A DNA stretch of 56,763 nucleotides from an uncultured Candidatus Saccharibacteria bacterium. GTDB lineage: Bacteria; Patescibacteriota; Doudnabacteria; UBA920; VMFF01. The notes beneath the pieces are model-generated. The model was not told the DNA's origin. It ran no database searches and saw only the letters and a list, made by a program, of their open reading frames with translations. The translations under genes and the position numbers were made by a program. Below are positions 53,899 to 56,763 of this stretch, one piece after another (positions within the stretch are counted from its first letter, which is position 1; every line of letters begins with the position of its first letter). The stretch covers positions 1 to 56,763 of the forward strand of contig CAYIKZ010000004.1 of NCBI GenBank assembly GCA_964364285.1. Direction: 5' to 3'.

Positions 53899-54420
53899 TT
53901 ATTGTTTACTTACTTGAATTGCATTAACAACGTACACAAGCTTGCGTAGATTACCTGCCAAAACATTAACAAAACCTGAAACAGGAGCATTGATTGTACC
54001 AACAACCATACCCAATAGTTCGTGCTTACTTGGTAATGCTGCCAAGGCGCCAACTTCTGCCGATGTGATTACTTTGTTGTTCATCACACCCAACAAAATC
54101 TGAACATTCTTGTTTTCTTTGGCAAAAGCGCTAAAAACGCGAGCTGGACCAACTTCGTCTTCTTTAGATACAGCAATGGCAACTGGTGCCTTAAAATCCA
54201 TCGCAGAAATATCAACACCATGCTTTTGCAAAGCTTTCTTAATCAAAGAAATCTTCGCAACCTTAGCAAAAATGTTTTCCTTACGCAATGAACGACGCAA
54301 CTGATCAATTTTCTTAACAGTTGTGCCTCTGTAATCAGCAAAAACGATTGCTTTAGCATTTTCAAACTGATTTTCTAAATCAGTTAAAATCTTCTCTTTT
54401 TCTTTTCTTGTAACAGCCAT
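53899..54420 (-). CDS. rplJ: 50S ribosomal protein L10
   Basis: Position upstream of rplL and L10 N-terminal motifs. Confidence 0.93.
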   Translation of the reverse strand: MAVTRKEKEKILTDLENQFENAKAIVFADYRGTTVKKIDQLRRSLRKENIFAKVAKISLIKKALQKHGVDISAMDFKAPVAIAVSKEDEVGPARVFSAFAKENKNVQILLGVMNNKVITSAEVGALAALPSKHELLGMVVGTINAPVSGFVNVLAGNLRKLVYVVNAIQVSKQ

Positions 54421-54600
54421 GAGGTTTTTCCTTTATGACTTATATCTGAATAGACCGACCGGTATTCCTGTTAAAAAATAAATCTCGGTTATTAAACCGA
54501 GTGAAAATTAGCACTTAAGATGATCTTGAAATGCTTTTCCTCGGTAGGCTTACTGCTCTCACAGATTATGCCCTAAAAGGGCGCCGACTTTCTTTGGAAT
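54421..54600 (-). promoter_or_regulatory. rplJ 5' leader with terminator-like attenuator hairpin (putative L10 leader)
   Basis: On the minus strand, a G+C-richer structured part (GCCCU-UUU-AGGGC etc.) is followed by CUCGGUU-uaaua-AACCGAG plus AUUUAUUUUUU, about 60 nt before the rplJ ATG. Confidence 0.45.
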
Positions 54601-54629
54601 ATTCTATTCACCAACAATATACCAGAAAC

Positions 54630-54658
54630 AATAAAAACAGTCAACAAAACTGTTTTTA
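54630..54658 (-). terminator. intrinsic terminator after ribH
   Basis: AAAACAG-tcaacaaaa-CTGTTTT with T-rich flanks. Confidence 0.65.
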
Positions 54659-54735
54659 ATTCTAATCTGAAGTGCAACCGCCAACCGAACAAGCGATTTT
54701 TATCTTTGTTTGATAAACTTTTTGTTTATCTAAAC

Positions 54736-55200
54736 TTATCTTGCAATTTCTTTTAGTAATCTTGCATTTTGTAAAGCAGCCTCGACTGCCGCACCGCCAA
54801 CGCTTGTCCGTGCTTGGGCTTGTTTAATATTGTCGGTCGTAAGTATCCCAAAACCGACTGGAATGCCAAAATTAAGCATAATTTTAAGTATCCCTTCTGA
54901 AACTATTTTAGCCACGTAGTCAAAATGAGGAGTTTCTCCTCGCACTACAGCACCTATAGCAACCAGACAATCATATTGTTTGTTCTCTGCTAAACCTTTT
55001 AGAATAACCGGAATCTCGACGCAACCTGCGACTCGATAAATTTTAATCAAACTATCTTGGAGCTTGTAAGTCTTAAACATTTTTAGGGCACCCTCTAGTA
55101 AACGCTCGGTAACCTCCCTGTTAAACTGCGATACCACGATGGCGACTCGATAATCGCTAGCATTAAATTTTTCAAACTGGACTTGTTCAGCATTGTGCAT
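54736..55200 (-). CDS. ribH: 6,7-dimethyl-8-ribityllumazine synthase
   Basis: 154 aa with lumazine synthase motifs (VAIVVSQFN, GAVVRGETPHFDYV). Confidence 0.93.
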   Translation of the reverse strand: MHNAEQVQFEKFNASDYRVAIVVSQFNREVTERLLEGALKMFKTYKLQDSLIKIYRVAGCVEIPVILKGLAENKQYDCLVAIGAVVRGETPHFDYVAKIVSEGILKIMLNFGIPVGFGILTTDNIKQAQARTSVGGAAVEAALQNARLLKEIAR

Positions 55201-55201
55201 A

Positions 55202-55786
55202 TTATTTTTTTAAAATTAGTGTTTTTAAATATTTTGCAAGCATATCAAACTCTAAATTAACCATATCCCCCGGCTGTTTACTGCCTAAGGTCGTATGACT
55301 TAAGGTATAGTCCACCAGTGAGACGCTAAAGCATTGTTTAGAAACCGAGACAATAGTTAGGCTGATCCCGTCCACGGCTATTGAACCTTTCTCCGTAACC
55401 AGTTTCCTAAATTTACGAGGAAAACTAATTTTATAGATTTTCGCACGTCCTGCTGGTTTAACCGTTTCAATTTTTCCAAACGCATCTACGTGGCCAAACA
55501 CAAAATGCCCATCCATTCTGTCCGACAAACGTAAGGACTGTTCTAAATTCAACTCTTTAGGAACGATCTTGCTGAAATAAGTTTTTTTTAATGTTTCTGG
55601 CATCAATTCGGTTATATAACTATTTTTATTAACTTTCTTAACGGTCAAACATACGCCATCCGTGGCTATTGAATCACCTGATTTAATTACCCAGTCCTTT
55701 GGCGTTGCAATGGTCAAAAATAAGTTTCCATCCTTACTTTCAACTTTTTTAACTAGGGCTTTGGCTTTAATTATTCCGGTAAACAT
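55202..55786 (-). CDS. ribE: riboflavin synthase alpha chain
   Basis: MFTGII N-terminus and duplicated DGVCLTV / DGISLTI barrels. Confidence 0.93.
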   Translation of the reverse strand: MFTGIIKAKALVKKVESKDGNLFLTIATPKDWVIKSGDSIATDGVCLTVKKVNKNSYITELMPETLKKTYFSKIVPKELNLEQSLRLSDRMDGHFVFGHVDAFGKIETVKPAGRAKIYKISFPRKFRKLVTEKGSIAVDGISLTIVSVSKQCFSVSLVDYTLSHTTLGSKQPGDMVNLEFDMLAKYLKTLILKK

Positions 55787-55823
55787 ATGGGTGGTTTAAT
55801 TGTGTACAGTTAAACAAACAAAA

Positions 55824-56678
55824 CTATTTCAAATATTTTCGTTTGTTAATATTATGCTCATCCAAAGTTTTGGCATAAACTGCTGTACCGTCTTTCATAG
55901 TTAAGAAATACAAGTAATCTGTTTTCTTGTAATATATCGCGGCTTTAATTGCAGACAAAGACGGATTAGAAATTGGTCCAGGAGGTAAACCACGATACTT
56001 GTAAGTGTTGTATGGTGAATCAATTAATAAATCAGCAGAACTTGTTTGCGGGTTATTTTTCTTTGTAATATATCCAATCGTAGCATCACTTTGCAAAGCC
56101 ATGTTAATTCTCAAGCGATTCACAAATATCCCGGCAACTGTTTCTCTTTCTTCTTGAAGTGCCTGTAAATCTTCAGAAGAAACCTTTGAAGTATTTCTTC
56201 CAACTTCTTTTTCAATAATTGAAGCTAGAGTTAAAACCCCATAAATACTTCTATCCTGTTTAGCAATATCAACTCGCATCTGTGTTGTCATTTTTCCTTC
56301 CAAGTTATCCATCATTTTTTTAACAACGCTTGATGCTGTTGGTTTAGAAGCTATAAAATATGTATCAGGAAAAAGATACCCCTCTAAAGAACTAGGCTTT
56401 GATTTTAAATCTTTAAGCTCTCCAAGAAAATCATAATCAGTTAAAACAACTTTTAATTCAGCATTAAAATCTTTCTCAGTAACCAGACCGCGTTTTTCTA
56501 AATCAGAAGCAATGTCTGAGATTGTCCAACCCTCAACAGCACGCCAAGAAACCTGCGGTGCTTTCATATTCGCAAGCTGTTCTCTTCTTGCCTCTCTATC
56601 TGATAACAACTTTGCTCCCGCCAAAGCCAAACCAATGGCAGAAAGTATAAAGATGGCTCCAAAAATCTTGTATTTCAT
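55824..56678 (-). CDS. mltG: endolytic murein transglycosylase MltG (YceG-like)
   Basis: N-terminal TM segment, a YceG domain with catalytic-region LASIIEKE, and the C-terminal GLPPGPI..P motif. Confidence 0.85.
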   Translation of the reverse strand: MKYKIFGAIFILSAIGLALAGAKLLSDREARREQLANMKAPQVSWRAVEGWTISDIASDLEKRGLVTEKDFNAELKVVLTDYDFLGELKDLKSKPSSLEGYLFPDTYFIASKPTASSVVKKMMDNLEGKMTTQMRVDIAKQDRSIYGVLTLASIIEKEVGRNTSKVSSEDLQALQEERETVAGIFVNRLRINMALQSDATIGYITKKNNPQTSSADLLIDSPYNTYKYRGLPPGPISNPSLSAIKAAIYYKKTDYLYFLTMKDGTAVYAKTLDEHNINKRKYLK

Positions 56679-56763
56679 ATATTCATACTTTAACAGACGC
56701 GAAAGGTATGCATAAGCTCAGATACATATTGCACTCCTTGGTAGAGTAATGCCAAGGAGTTTT

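Noticed and set aside
55787-55823. FMN riboswitch upstream of ribE-ribH
   Set aside because: Only 37 nt separate ribE from mltG, which is too short for an FMN element, and no conserved FMN motif was seen. ribE and ribH appear to be co-transcribed with mltG. The rest of the rib pathway is not in the window, so nothing can be said about its completeness.
56733-56763. 9-bp hairpin ACTCCTTGG/CCAAGGAGT followed by TTT at the window edge
   Set aside because: It looks like a plus-strand terminator, but no plus-strand gene precedes it and the window ends inside the T tract, so it cannot be interpreted.

Overview
AT-rich bacterial chromosome segment: a 60-nt spot count in mraY gave 37% G+C. It is densely packed with housekeeping genes, mostly on the minus strand. 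The gene content points to a small-genome Patescibacteria/CPR-like organism, but that is an inference and no search was run. Main blocks: two tRNA(CAT) genes and cca; an F1Fo ATP synthase operon (atpZ-like, atpB-E-F-H-A-G, an unannotated 54-aa ORF, atpD-C); and a tRNA-bounded islet between tRNA-Thr and tRNA-Gly. A cell-envelope/division block follows (PPIase, ftsB-like, lepA, murJ, DUF4012, ftsW, murD, amidohydrolase, mraY). A plus-strand transporter island follows tRNA-Gln and includes a P-type ATPase with foreign composition. Then come galU, dnaX, a T4CP/HerA-like ATPase module, a CorA-like gene, cysS, a DNA-damage cluster (dinD, radC, two small ORFs, lexA), an ECF sigma factor, rplJL, ribHE and mltG. 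I recognised no rRNA, CRISPR array, transposase or integrase. The most unusual signal is a set of short G+C-rich patches (58-65% in spot counts) in this AT-rich backbone. The best candidate is a ~515-nt ORF-poor, helix-rich segment with its own promoter and terminator between tRNA-Thr and the atp operon; I read it as a large structured RNA of unassigned class. Next to it, a ~390-nt G+C-rich segment sits between a near-consensus promoter and tRNA-Thr. Other points of interest are an A9 slippery run in dnaX, a CorA-like protein lacking GMN, several unannotated micro-ORFs, and palindromes at the lexA promoter. All family assignments come from motif reading of the supplied translations.
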